Of a DNA stretch of 38,348 nt, positions 9,992 through 18,313 are shown one piece after another. The translations under genes were made by a program, and so were the position numbers. The stretch covers positions 1 through 38,348 of the IMG/VR virus record IMGVR_UViG_3300006752_003453; one strand, 5' to 3'. This DNA is from a virus (taxonomy: Duplodnaviria; Caudoviricetes). Under the pieces are notes generated by a model. That model did no database searches, was not told the origin of the DNA, and was given only the letters and a program-made list of their open reading frames with translations. Each line of letters begins with the position of its first letter. Position 1 is the first letter of the stretch.

Positions 9992-11502
9992 GAATCTTAG
10001 GACTTAGTTTTGGATTTCACGATGCTGGAGCCTGTATGTTACAGGATTCCACTATAGAATTTGCCGGACATTCAGAACGTTACAGTAAAACTAAAAATGA
10101 TGCATGGTTAAATCATGGACTTATAAATGCCGCAATAGAAGGCGGAAAGCCTGATGTAATAGTTTTACATGAAAAAGCATGGCTTAAAAAATTAAGAAAT
10201 GTGTATGGTGGCAATTGGAATGCCTTGCGAGAACCAACACAACGACAGTGGATTAAAAAGTTTTATCCTCAACTTAAAGGCATACCTATAAAAGATTATT
10301 ATCATCATGAAACACATGCCGCCGCAGGTGTACTTAGCAGTAAATATGAAGAATGTACTGTAATGGTTATAGATGCTATTGGCGAGTTTGATACTGCAAG
10401 TATATGGCAATGGAAGGAAGGAAAACTTAAAAAGTTACATAGCATAAAATTTCCTAGTAGTTTAGGATTGTTTTATAGTGCTGTAACACATCATGTAGGG
10501 TTAAAACCTATGGAAGATGAGTATATACTTATGGGAATGGCCGCATATGGCAAGCCAGAAAACTGGAAACCTTTAAGTAGAAAGATGGGAAAAAGATATT
10601 TCAAGTATAAACATCCTTGGATAAGTTATAGACAATCTATATCAATGAAAGAGAACTTGCAACGAGGGTTAGATGTAAAAAGTTTTACTGGAGTTGACGA
10701 TTTTGATATGGCCGCCGCGGCACAAGATCAAGTACAAGAAAGAATTTATTCATACGGACTGTATGCAAAAGAAATAACTGGTAGTAGTAACCTAGTGTAC
10801 ATGGGCGGTGTAGCACTAAATTGTGTTGCTAACAGTAACTTAACAGATATATTTAAAAACATTTTTATTATGCCTAATCCAGGAGACTGTGGGAGCAGTT
10901 TAGGAGCCGCCGCATTAGAATTGTATAATAAAACTGGAGAAAAAATAGATTGGAAAACACCTTACTTAGGACATAACATAGAAGGAAAATATCCAATTAA
11001 AAAAGCATTAGCAAGTTTAAAAAAGGGGGAACTTTTTGGAATAGCAAATGGTAGAGCCGAGTTCGGGCCACGTGCATTAGGTAATAGAAGCCTATGTGCA
11101 GACCCAAGAGGACCAGATGTCAAAGATAAAATGAACGTTATTAAAAAACGTCAAATGTTTAGACCGTTTGCACCCATGATTTTGGAAGAACATGTGCATG
11201 ATTATTTTGAAATGCCTGGAGGTATTTCACATGCACCTTATATGCAATTTGTAGCAAAGTGTAAAAAGCCAGAAGAATTCCCTGCAATTATACATGAAGA
11301 CGGCACTAGTCGTGTTCAAACAGTTAGAAAGGAAGAACACCCTGACTTACATGAGCTTCTTACAAAGTTTTACAAGGATACAGGATGTCCAATGTTACTT
11401 AATACAAGTTTAAACATAAAAGGACAACCTATTGTAAACGACGAAGAAGACGCCAAAGCCTTTGCCGATCATTACGGAGTAAAGGTACATGTCCGAGATT
11501 GA
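9988..11502 (+). CDS. O-carbamoyltransferase, CmcH/NodU/TobZ family
   Basis: FHDAGA, SERYSK, HHETHA, IDAIGE, MGMAAYG, GGVALNC, EFGPRALGNRS, FRPFAP, SRVQTV, LNTSLN. Confidence 0.93.
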   Translation: MRILGLSFGFHDAGACMLQDSTIEFAGHSERYSKTKNDAWLNHGLINAAIEGGKPDVIVLHEKAWLKKLRNVYGGNWNALREPTQRQWIKKFYPQLKGIPIKDYYHHETHAAAGVLSSKYEECTVMVIDAIGEFDTASIWQWKEGKLKKLHSIKFPSSLGLFYSAVTHHVGLKPMEDEYILMGMAAYGKPENWKPLSRKMGKRYFKYKHPWISYRQSISMKENLQRGLDVKSFTGVDDFDMAAAAQDQVQERIYSYGLYAKEITGSSNLVYMGGVALNCVANSNLTDIFKNIFIMPNPGDCGSSLGAAALELYNKTGEKIDWKTPYLGHNIEGKYPIKKALASLKKGELFGIANGRAEFGPRALGNRSLCADPRGPDVKDKMNVIKKRQMFRPFAPMILEEHVHDYFEMPGGISHAPYMQFVAKCKKPEEFPAIIHEDGTSRVQTVRKEEHPDLHELLTKFYKDTGCPMLLNTSLNIKGQPIVNDEEDAKAFADHYGVKVHVRD

Positions 11503-11689
11503 TTGGCATAAAATACAACGCAAATTAGAAGGCAGATGTCACTTTTGTGGTGGCGACTTACCTGATCATAGAGGAGTATGTCCTGTCTATGGAGAGGAAC
11601 TACATAAAAAATGGGACGGCATTAATAAAGGCATAGATGAAATTGAAGATGCAGTAAATTATATATTGGAAAAGAACAAACATGTTTGA
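11489..11689 (+). CDS. Small hypothetical protein, possible zinc finger
   Basis: CHFC-x6-H-x3-C. Overlaps both neighbours as in an operon. Confidence 0.6.
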   Translation: MSEIDWHKIQRKLEGRCHFCGGDLPDHRGVCPVYGEELHKKWDGINKGIDEIEDAVNYILEKNKHV

Positions 11690-14600
11690 TATATTTTACA
11701 TAGGCAACAATCCTTCTTTAAAGGAATCATATCCTTTTGCCAAAAATATATCTGATATAGGAGAAATTAAATCTAATACTAAGATGTATTGGGTAATAGA
11801 ACCAAATATTGAAATAACAGATTCAGATATATTTAATTTTAGACCTGAGAGTTACGACATGTCATATGAACATGTTTGGAAGTGGGATACTAGAAACTAC
11901 GGAGGTGTTACATTACTTCCAAAACAAAAGTCAGAAGGCACAAAAGAAATAAACAAAGTTGTTTGTAAGAAAACATTTGAAAAACTTAATACAAAAACTC
12001 CAGCAAAATATTTTGATACAAATCCATATGCTAGTCATGTATGGTGTATAGATAAAGAATACATATTACCGGAAGATATAAACTGGGCTCCAAGTAATTT
12101 TGAACCAGACTTTATACATAGTTTTCATTTACGAGGTCAATTAGAACACAAATACCCAGCAGAAGAAGGTGGTATTAAACTTTATCCAAGAAATTGGAAA
12201 TCATGTGATACAAAGTTTCATAACTATTTAGATATCAAATTGGACTACCCAGTAATGTACGTTAAGGATGTAGAAGATTATACTCTGAGAAATACATATG
12301 ATCATGAATATGTATGGCTAGTAGATTGGGAACATAAAGTAAATTTTAAAACTTTTGATTGGGTGCCTAATCCTTTTGAACAAGACATGATACATTCGTT
12401 TAGAATGCCTTACCAATTAACAGAAAAATATCCACAAGAAATAGGTGGCATACGACTTGTGCCTAAAAAATGGAAAAATGCGGATTTAAAAATACATAAA
12501 GACTGTCCTATAGAAGATGAAAATTATGATGTTTTTTATACAAATAAAAAATTCGATGCCGATACATTTGAATTTTATGCTAAACGTTCTGAAACAGATT
12601 GGTTTTGGGTAATAGATAGAGATTACGATTTCAATGGTAAACTATTGTATGTGCCTGCTAAACATGAACGTGACTACATACAAGTTTTTAAATGGGGTCT
12701 AGAACATAGATATGATAAAGAAGTTACAGAACTATGGGACGAAAGAGTTGCTGGTATATATCTTGTAAATAAAGACTTTGATGTTACAAAACAAAAATTA
12801 CACACCGACATTGTTCCTGTAAGATATGATATTTTCTTTACAGATGATTTAAATGACTATCACACTTACAGTAGAAAAAGCAGAACAGATGCTTTTTGGT
12901 TAGTGGATTACGAACATACATTATCCGAAGTTATAAAATGGGTACCTGAATATAGCGATCAAAAATATATTAATATTTTTAAGTTACCTAAGCAATTAGA
13001 ACACAAATATCCACTAAGTATTACAAATGTTAGTGATAATAGATGTGGTGGTATTAAGTTAGTTCCTAAAGAGTTTAATAAAGACGATATTAAATATCAA
13101 GGATTCTTAACAGATGTGGAAATAGTAGAGTTCGAAATATTTACATCAGAAGAAGAGGGTAGAGAGAATACGAAACATGATTGGTTCTGGGTAGTAGATC
13201 AAGATGTAGATGTTTTAGAAGACTTTGATTTTGACTTTATACCAGATACATGGGACGAAGGAAAGACACATGTATGGCAAAAACTTAATCCAGTAACAAA
13301 AAGACAGTACGATTACGGCGGTGTTACATTATATCCTAAAGTAAAACAAACTAAAGGAAGGCCTAAATATATTAGAGATCCTTCTTGCGTACAACAGGAA
13401 TATCCAGTGTATAAGTTACAGCCTAGTGACTACAAAGACGGCTTACAGAGCATCTATGAGCGTCTAGCAGGGCAATCTAATGCAAATATGTACTGGGTAA
13501 TAGATGCTTTTACAGTTCTAAATGAGGATTTTAAGTTTGATTATTACCCTACACAATGGGATCAAAACAATGTTCATGTGTTTTTAAATGAGGATAATGA
13601 ATTTACAAATGTAAGATTAATACCTAAACAAACATTTTTAAATAAAGAATATACTGACAAAGAAGTAACTAATAACACCTTTAATGACTTAAAAGAAATA
13701 AATACTATTGCGAGTTTACGCCCTAAGTGGCCAGCAATCCACTTGCAAAGTTTAGAAAAGAACGAGTTTATAAACGCGATAAAGGACATAAAGGAACCCT
13801 TTGTTTGGACTATAGACCCAGATGTGAAAGTGGATCAAGGGTTACTTGACCGTGGTTTTATGCCCGTTGTAACTGATATGCATAAGGTTCACGCATGGCA
13901 AAAACTTAATGGCAGAACAGGTAAAGTACATGCATATGGTGGACTAAGACTTTGGCCCACATCAATAGACTATTCAAATCTAAAATCAGACGATTTAAAA
14001 TTAAACAGAATAAAAGGATTACAATATGTTAAAGAACCCGGTAGTTCCACAACGCCTTTTGATATAATTTATCTAAGTTATAAAGAACCTTTTGCAGATG
14101 CCGGGTTTAATAAATTACAAGACCATATTAGACATTTAAAACCAAACTTAAATTTAATATGGATAAGAGATATAAAAGGAATATTTGAAGCACACAAAAT
14201 AGCATCTACTAGAGTAGATAGTAAAATGTTTTGGGTAGTAGATGCAGACGCAATTATAGATAAAGACTTTAAATTTGATTATGTTCCAGACGTATACGAC
14301 GAAGAAGTTGTACATGTTTGGGCTAGTAAAAACCCAATAAATGGATTAGAATATGGATATGGAGGAGTAAAATTATTCCCAACTGAGATGGTTAGAAATG
14401 CTACAAGTTGGGGATTAGATTTTACAACAGGACTAAGTAACAGATTTAAATCTATGCCACAAGTAAGTTGCATAACTAAATTTAATACGGATGGCTTTAG
14501 TGCATGGAGAAGTGCATTTAGAGAATGTGTTAAACTTACGTTAAATGACGATGCAGAAAGTAAAGAAAGATTAGATACTTGGTTGCAAACCCAGGGGGAC

Positions 14601-14738
14601 GAGCCCTTTACTGATGAAGCAGTAAAGGGTTCCGTTGAGGGTAATGAATTTGCAAAAGCAAATAAAGATAACTTGAAAGAGTTAAATAAAATAAACGATT
14701 ACGGTTGGTTGAATGAACAATATAATAGATCTAAATAG
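11682..14738 (+). CDS. Large tandem-repeat glycosyltransferase-like protein (nine GT-A-like modules)
   Basis: Repeating unit (Y/F)DIF...W(V/L/C/T)(V/I)Dx(D/E)...F...P...H(V/S)(W/F)...GG(V/I)xLxP. The last module is the most complete (LSYKEP, EAHK, WVVDADA, WRSAFREC). Confidence 0.7.
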   Translation: MFDIFYIGNNPSLKESYPFAKNISDIGEIKSNTKMYWVIEPNIEITDSDIFNFRPESYDMSYEHVWKWDTRNYGGVTLLPKQKSEGTKEINKVVCKKTFEKLNTKTPAKYFDTNPYASHVWCIDKEYILPEDINWAPSNFEPDFIHSFHLRGQLEHKYPAEEGGIKLYPRNWKSCDTKFHNYLDIKLDYPVMYVKDVEDYTLRNTYDHEYVWLVDWEHKVNFKTFDWVPNPFEQDMIHSFRMPYQLTEKYPQEIGGIRLVPKKWKNADLKIHKDCPIEDENYDVFYTNKKFDADTFEFYAKRSETDWFWVIDRDYDFNGKLLYVPAKHERDYIQVFKWGLEHRYDKEVTELWDERVAGIYLVNKDFDVTKQKLHTDIVPVRYDIFFTDDLNDYHTYSRKSRTDAFWLVDYEHTLSEVIKWVPEYSDQKYINIFKLPKQLEHKYPLSITNVSDNRCGGIKLVPKEFNKDDIKYQGFLTDVEIVEFEIFTSEEEGRENTKHDWFWVVDQDVDVLEDFDFDFIPDTWDEGKTHVWQKLNPVTKRQYDYGGVTLYPKVKQTKGRPKYIRDPSCVQQEYPVYKLQPSDYKDGLQSIYERLAGQSNANMYWVIDAFTVLNEDFKFDYYPTQWDQNNVHVFLNEDNEFTNVRLIPKQTFLNKEYTDKEVTNNTFNDLKEINTIASLRPKWPAIHLQSLEKNEFINAIKDIKEPFVWTIDPDVKVDQGLLDRGFMPVVTDMHKVHAWQKLNGRTGKVHAYGGLRLWPTSIDYSNLKSDDLKLNRIKGLQYVKEPGSSTTPFDIIYLSYKEPFADAGFNKLQDHIRHLKPNLNLIWIRDIKGIFEAHKIASTRVDSKMFWVVDADAIIDKDFKFDYVPDVYDEEVVHVWASKNPINGLEYGYGGVKLFPTEMVRNATSWGLDFTTGLSNRFKSMPQVSCITKFNTDGFSAWRSAFRECVKLTLNDDAESKERLDTWLQTQGDEPFTDEAVKGSVEGNEFAKANKDNLKELNKINDYGWLNEQYNRSK

Positions 14739-15393
14739 TTGGAACGATGTAGAAGAGTATATAGATAATAGTTATCTATACATTCCTCCCAGTTACTTTG
14801 AAAGAGCAGTTATGGATAGACGTTATCCACGTGATGCTTTTAGCAAAGGCCAATTAGCAAGTAAAAGTTGGTTACTACAAGAGTTAAGTAACGTAAAAGA
14901 CTTACCTCAAGATATGACTATTGCTATATTAGGATGTTGGATAGGTGCTATTGTAGAACCTTTACTAATATCAACAATGCCTATTGAACGTATATATGGA
15001 TTAGATATAGATGCACAAAGTATAGAACTTGCAGAAAAGTTTAATCAAAAACATGTAGCAAACAGTTGGAAGTTTAAAGGCGTAGTTGCTGATGCAAGTA
15101 TATTAGACTGTAATCATATGGAGTTTGAAACAGGTGGAGAACTTATTAAAGTGTCACCTGAATGTATAATTAATACAAGTTGTGAACATATGGGAACTGA
15201 ATGGTTTGAATCTGCAGGTAGCGATCAGTTAATTGTTATGCAAACTAATAATAGCCCGGATTTCGAGGGTCACATAAACCCTGTAGCAAGTTTAAAAGAA
15301 ATGCAAACAGTCTATCCACTAAGAAAATCAATGTATTCTGGTCAGTTAAAGACACCAAGTTATACTAGATTTATGCAAATAGGATATAAATAA
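14713..15393 (+). CDS. Class I SAM-dependent methyltransferase-like protein
   Basis: IAILGCWIG motif I, GLDID acidic motif II, VVADA, INTSCEHM. Confidence 0.75.
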   Translation: MNNIIDLNSWNDVEEYIDNSYLYIPPSYFERAVMDRRYPRDAFSKGQLASKSWLLQELSNVKDLPQDMTIAILGCWIGAIVEPLLISTMPIERIYGLDIDAQSIELAEKFNQKHVANSWKFKGVVADASILDCNHMEFETGGELIKVSPECIINTSCEHMGTEWFESAGSDQLIVMQTNNSPDFEGHINPVASLKEMQTVYPLRKSMYSGQLKTPSYTRFMQIGYK

Positions 15394-15395
15394 TT

Positions 15396-15472
15396 TGGCC
15401 TCCCAGGCAGGATTCGAACCTGCAATCTACGGCTTAGAAGGCCGTTGCTTTATCCAGTTAAGCCACTGGGAG
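15396..15472 (-). tRNA. tRNA-Arg (anticodon UCU), CCA encoded
   Basis: Reverse complement folds as CTCCCAG/CTGGGAG acceptor stem, D loop with TGG, ACGGC-CTTCTAA-GCCGT anticodon arm, GCAGG-TTCGAAT-CCTGC T arm, G-CCA end. 77 nt. Confidence 0.97.
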
Positions 15473-15477
15473 GATAT

Positions 15478-15590
15478 AAAAAGAAAACCCGCTTTCTAGG
15501 ACATACTATACTAACGGGTCGTTCAACTAGGCTTTCGCCATATTGTAGTAACATCTGGCCCTACTGTTTTCAGGCACTCTACTACACGGT
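15478..15590 (-). ncRNA. Candidate structured ncRNA or tRNA leader
   Basis: TGTAGTA/TACTACA stem enclosing a CTG-AAAA-CAG hairpin; GGC-GAAA-GCC GNRA hairpin; ACCCG/CGGGT stem followed by a T-rich run. Confidence 0.4.
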
Positions 15591-15592
15591 TC

Positions 15593-15619
15593 AAAAAAAT
15601 GCCCAGTTAAACTGGGCAT
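15593..15619 (-). terminator. Rho-independent terminator downstream of the MoxR-like gene
   Basis: Perfect 8-bp hairpin ATGCCCAG-TTTAA-CTGGGCAT followed by a T run on the minus strand. Confidence 0.85.
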
Positions 15620-15672
15620 CACCTTAGTGCGTTCTTTAGGTAGGGAGTAACATAGGTAGGCGCACAAGGATT
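15620..15672 (-). ncRNA. Candidate 3'-UTR-derived small RNA domain with C-rich loop
   Basis: Stem CCTT-GTGCG/CGCAC-T-AAGG closing a 29-nt loop containing CCTACCTA-TGTTACTC-CCTACCTA, immediately before the terminator. Confidence 0.4.
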
Positions 15673-15678
15673 TTTTAA

Positions 15679-16785
15679 TTATACAATATATTTAATATAC
15701 CTCTTACTAAATGTATCTCTAAGTTCTTTATCTAGATCAGTTCTAACATTGAACTTAATATTGTAATCTTTCATTACAGTTCTAAATAAAAACACAACCA
15801 TTTCAGGTTCAAAGTTATCAAAACTAAACCTAATAGTATTGTTAAGTCCTTCCCTAAAAGTCTTATCAATACCTGTTTCAGTATACATTTCATTTAGTTC
15901 GTAAGCAAGACCTACAACTAAACTATATTTTGCACTTAGTTCTGAAGCAACTTTGTTGTCTAGTTTCTTAGCACTACCACTAATAACTTGTTCTGGATTG
16001 GGAAGATGTTTAGCAACTTTTCTATGCTCAACAAACTTGATTGCCATTCCCTCTCCTATTGCGCCGGCAATCTCAGCCTTTTGTTCAAAGTTATCAGCAG
16101 TTTCAAAACCTTCTGCATCAAGCATTTCACTTACAAATGTCCAACTCCTAGGAGTAGCAAAAGATTGTGAACTACTTTTTGCATCAAAGTCAAATAAATC
16201 TCCTTTACTGTAAGTTAAGTAACCTACAACATCAGGATGTACATTGTTATTAACTGCCCATTGTTGCCAATCGTCAAAGTTAATATCCATGTTAATGTGT
16301 CTAAATCTGTTAGCCAACGGTGCTGGCATTCTATATGTAACACCTCTATCAGTCTCTCTATTACCTGCCGCAACAATTCTTACATTGTCAGGAAGTATGT
16401 ACTGACCTATGCGTCTGTTCAATACTAACTGATAAGCCGCCGCTTGTACACTTGGGGGTGCTGAATTTAATTCATCTAAAAACAATACAACAGTATCAAA
16501 CTGTGAAGCAAATTCTTCACTAGGCAAGTCACTAGGTGGTGACCATTCCATTGTATTAGTTTCTGGATTTCTAAAAGGATACCCTCTAAGATCAGTGGGC
16601 TCCAATAATGCTAGTCTTAAATCTATTGTAGTAGCATTACCTAAATCGCCACCTTGCACAATACCGTCAACTAGTTCTGATTTACCAATACCTGGTGCTC
16701 CCCAGATAAAAATTGGTCTGTTTACTTGCATAGCTCTTAGTAAAATTGGCTTTACTGAACTTGCTCTTACTTTTAATGTTTCCAT
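15679..16785 (-). CDS. MoxR-like AAA+ ATPase
   Basis: Walker A GAPGIGKS, DLRG, Walker B LFLDE, AAGNR, LANRF, TPRSW. AAGGAG RBS. Confidence 0.88.
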   Translation of the reverse strand: METLKVRASSVKPILLRAMQVNRPIFIWGAPGIGKSELVDGIVQGGDLGNATTIDLRLALLEPTDLRGYPFRNPETNTMEWSPPSDLPSEEFASQFDTVVLFLDELNSAPPSVQAAAYQLVLNRRIGQYILPDNVRIVAAGNRETDRGVTYRMPAPLANRFRHINMDINFDDWQQWAVNNNVHPDVVGYLTYSKGDLFDFDAKSSSQSFATPRSWTFVSEMLDAEGFETADNFEQKAEIAGAIGEGMAIKFVEHRKVAKHLPNPEQVISGSAKKLDNKVASELSAKYSLVVGLAYELNEMYTETGIDKTFREGLNNTIRFSFDNFEPEMVVFLFRTVMKDYNIKFNVRTDLDKELRDTFSKRYIKYIV

Positions 16786-16817
16786 ATTAGTTACTCCTTA
16801 ATTTAACCTATACATAT

Positions 16818-16845
16818 AGTATAACAAAAAATTATACTTTGTCAA
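16818..16845 (-). promoter_or_regulatory. Sigma70-type early promoter
   Basis: TTGACA-16 nt-TATACT with TGn extension, upstream of the MoxR gene. Confidence 0.75.
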
Positions 16846-17017
16846 CCTTTTTTTCAAATAAATTTGAGAAAACTTTAAATCCTTCTTCTCTTGAATAAGG
16901 TTTTTCTCCCCATTGTGTTCTTTCTTGGCAATTAAGTAAATACCAATTTGTAAAATTTTGCTCAAAAGATTGCGAATCTTCGTAGTTAAAATTGAATTGT
17001 GATTGAACTATAATCAT
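16832..17017 (-). CDS. Hypothetical protein (61 aa)
   Basis: ORF with GGAG RBS and its own promoter. Confidence 0.7.
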   Translation of the reverse strand: MIIVQSQFNFNYEDSQSFEQNFTNWYLLNCQERTQWGEKPYSREEGFKVFSNLFEKKVDKV

Positions 17018-17042
17018 ATAAACTCTCCTAATTTATATAACT

Positions 17043-17070
17043 ATTATAGCAGAAATTAAGTATTTGTCAA
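17043..17070 (-). promoter_or_regulatory. Sigma70-type early promoter
   Basis: TTGACA-16 nt-TATAAT. The -35 contains the TGA stop of the upstream ORF. Confidence 0.8.
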
Positions 17071-17498
17071 ATAAAATCTGTGAAGTCTTCTATATTATTA
17101 CCGTTCATGCGATACCAGGCGGCATCTTCTTGACTATACATAACCATTTTCTTTTTAGTAAAATAATAAGGCCATTGCATATGAGTATCTAATGCGAGAT
17201 ACATTTTAGGAGTAGGTACAATATCATGCTTAAACTCATAACAATCGTAATGTCTTTTTAATAACTCATTGCCTAGATAGGTTAATTTGAGTCCTTTGGT
17301 GTCATTTTTAGATACCCTATAGTTACTAAAAATTTTATATCCTAATTGATCTTTATCAAATTTAATAAATTTAATGTAAAACTTTGAATATTTTTGAAAC
17401 CCTGGACGTCTAGAATTGTGGGGTAAAAGTCCGTCTTTAATTGTATTGAGAATATCTTTAATTATTTTGTTTTGTAACTGATTAGTCCTTGATGTCAT
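17067..17498 (-). CDS. Hypothetical protein (143 aa)
   Basis: ORF overlapping the upstream gene, co-oriented. Confidence 0.7.
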   Translation of the reverse strand: MTSRTNQLQNKIIKDILNTIKDGLLPHNSRRPGFQKYSKFYIKFIKFDKDQLGYKIFSNYRVSKNDTKGLKLTYLGNELLKRHYDCYEFKHDIVPTPKMYLALDTHMQWPYYFTKKKMVMYSQEDAAWYRMNGNNIEDFTDFI

Positions 17499-17784
17499 CT
17501 TCTGTTACCACTTCACCTTGAGTAAGTTTAACTACTTTAAACTCGTCTGTGGAAAATATTTTGTTTAATCTTTCTGCAAGGTTAAAAGCATGTCCAGAAT
17601 TACTGAATGAAACCTTTTTATATTTAGGCCCTGGATAACTTAGTAATGTATGAAGTGTTCTTAAGTTTATAGGTGAATCCTGATAGAATACAGAGTAAAT
17701 TGCATTAGCAGATAATACTTGTTCTGCTTTATATGTTTGCTTGTTTACAGATTCTAATAATATTGTTGGCTTTGGCCTGCTCAT
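17482..17784 (-). CDS. Hypothetical phage protein (100 aa)
   Basis: AGGAG RBS and a GATAAATA motif at 17808-17815 upstream. Confidence 0.75.
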   Translation of the reverse strand: MSRPKPTILLESVNKQTYKAEQVLSANAIYSVFYQDSPINLRTLHTLLSYPGPKYKKVSFSNSGHAFNLAERLNKIFSTDEFKVVKLTQGEVVTEDDIKD

Positions 17785-17807
17785 ATATGTATCTCCTAAT
17801 ATACATA

Positions 17808-17815
17808 TATTTATC
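17808..17815 (-). promoter_or_regulatory. Putative late promoter GATAAATA
   Basis: Intergenic, oriented toward the downstream ORF. Matches the T4-like late consensus. Confidence 0.5.
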
Positions 17816-17844
17816 TAAAATAGCAATTAAAACAGCACTTAATA

Positions 17845-18078
17845 TTACTTTTTACTTTCAGAAACCAGTTGTGCGTAGTCAGTATACCCACCAATTTTAT
17901 CACCATCTACAATGATTTGTGGGAAAGTTCTAGCACCTGGAAATGTTTCCATTAGTGTTTCTCTGTCGAAGTCTTCGTCTAACATTTTATATGTTAGTTC
18001 ATGTCCTTCTCTTTCTGCTAATCCTTTTGCTTGTACACAAAAAGGACAATTTGGTTTACTATAAATTTCTACTTTCAT
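17845..18078 (-). CDS. Glutaredoxin
   Basis: CPFC active site, TFPQI, IGGY. Confidence 0.95.
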   Translation of the reverse strand: MKVEIYSKPNCPFCVQAKGLAEREGHELTYKMLDEDFDRETLMETFPGARTFPQIIVDGDKIGGYTDYAQLVSESKK

Positions 18079-18293
18079 TATTCTGCTTTGACCCTAGGTG
18101 TTAAATCACATGTTGATTGTGTCTCCATACCATTAACTTCTGTATCAAACTCTACTTCCATTCCTGCACTTAGTTCTGCAGGAGGAGTTGGATTTGTAAC
18201 ATGGTGTCTTTTTAAATAGACGTTTGATTTACCAGCACTTACTACACCGTAGTTTTTTCTGCTGTTCCAAAAATTAATTGTACCTGTTTTCAT
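18078..18293 (-). CDS. Cold-shock domain (OB-fold) protein, divergent
   Basis: MKTGTINFWNSRKNYGVV...VYL...L..GMEVEFD pattern, 71 aa. Confidence 0.7.
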   Translation of the reverse strand: MKTGTINFWNSRKNYGVVSAGKSNVYLKRHHVTNPTPPAELSAGMEVEFDTEVNGMETQSTCDLTPRVKAE

Positions 18294-18313
18294 GCTTTTA
18301 TTTATTATTATTT

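Noticed and set aside
15396-15472. tRNA as a prophage attachment site
   Set aside because: No integrase or duplicated tRNA 3' end was seen, and both flanks look phage-like.
15445-15627. 60-aa + strand ORF over the tRNA and hairpin region
   Set aside because: TTG start, overlaps the tRNA antisense and the terminator. The region is better explained by RNA structure.
15620-15670. CRISPR mini-array suggested by the TAGGTAGG direct repeat
   Set aside because: The repeat is only 8 nt with an 8-nt gap. No repeat-spacer periodicity or cas genes were seen in the window.
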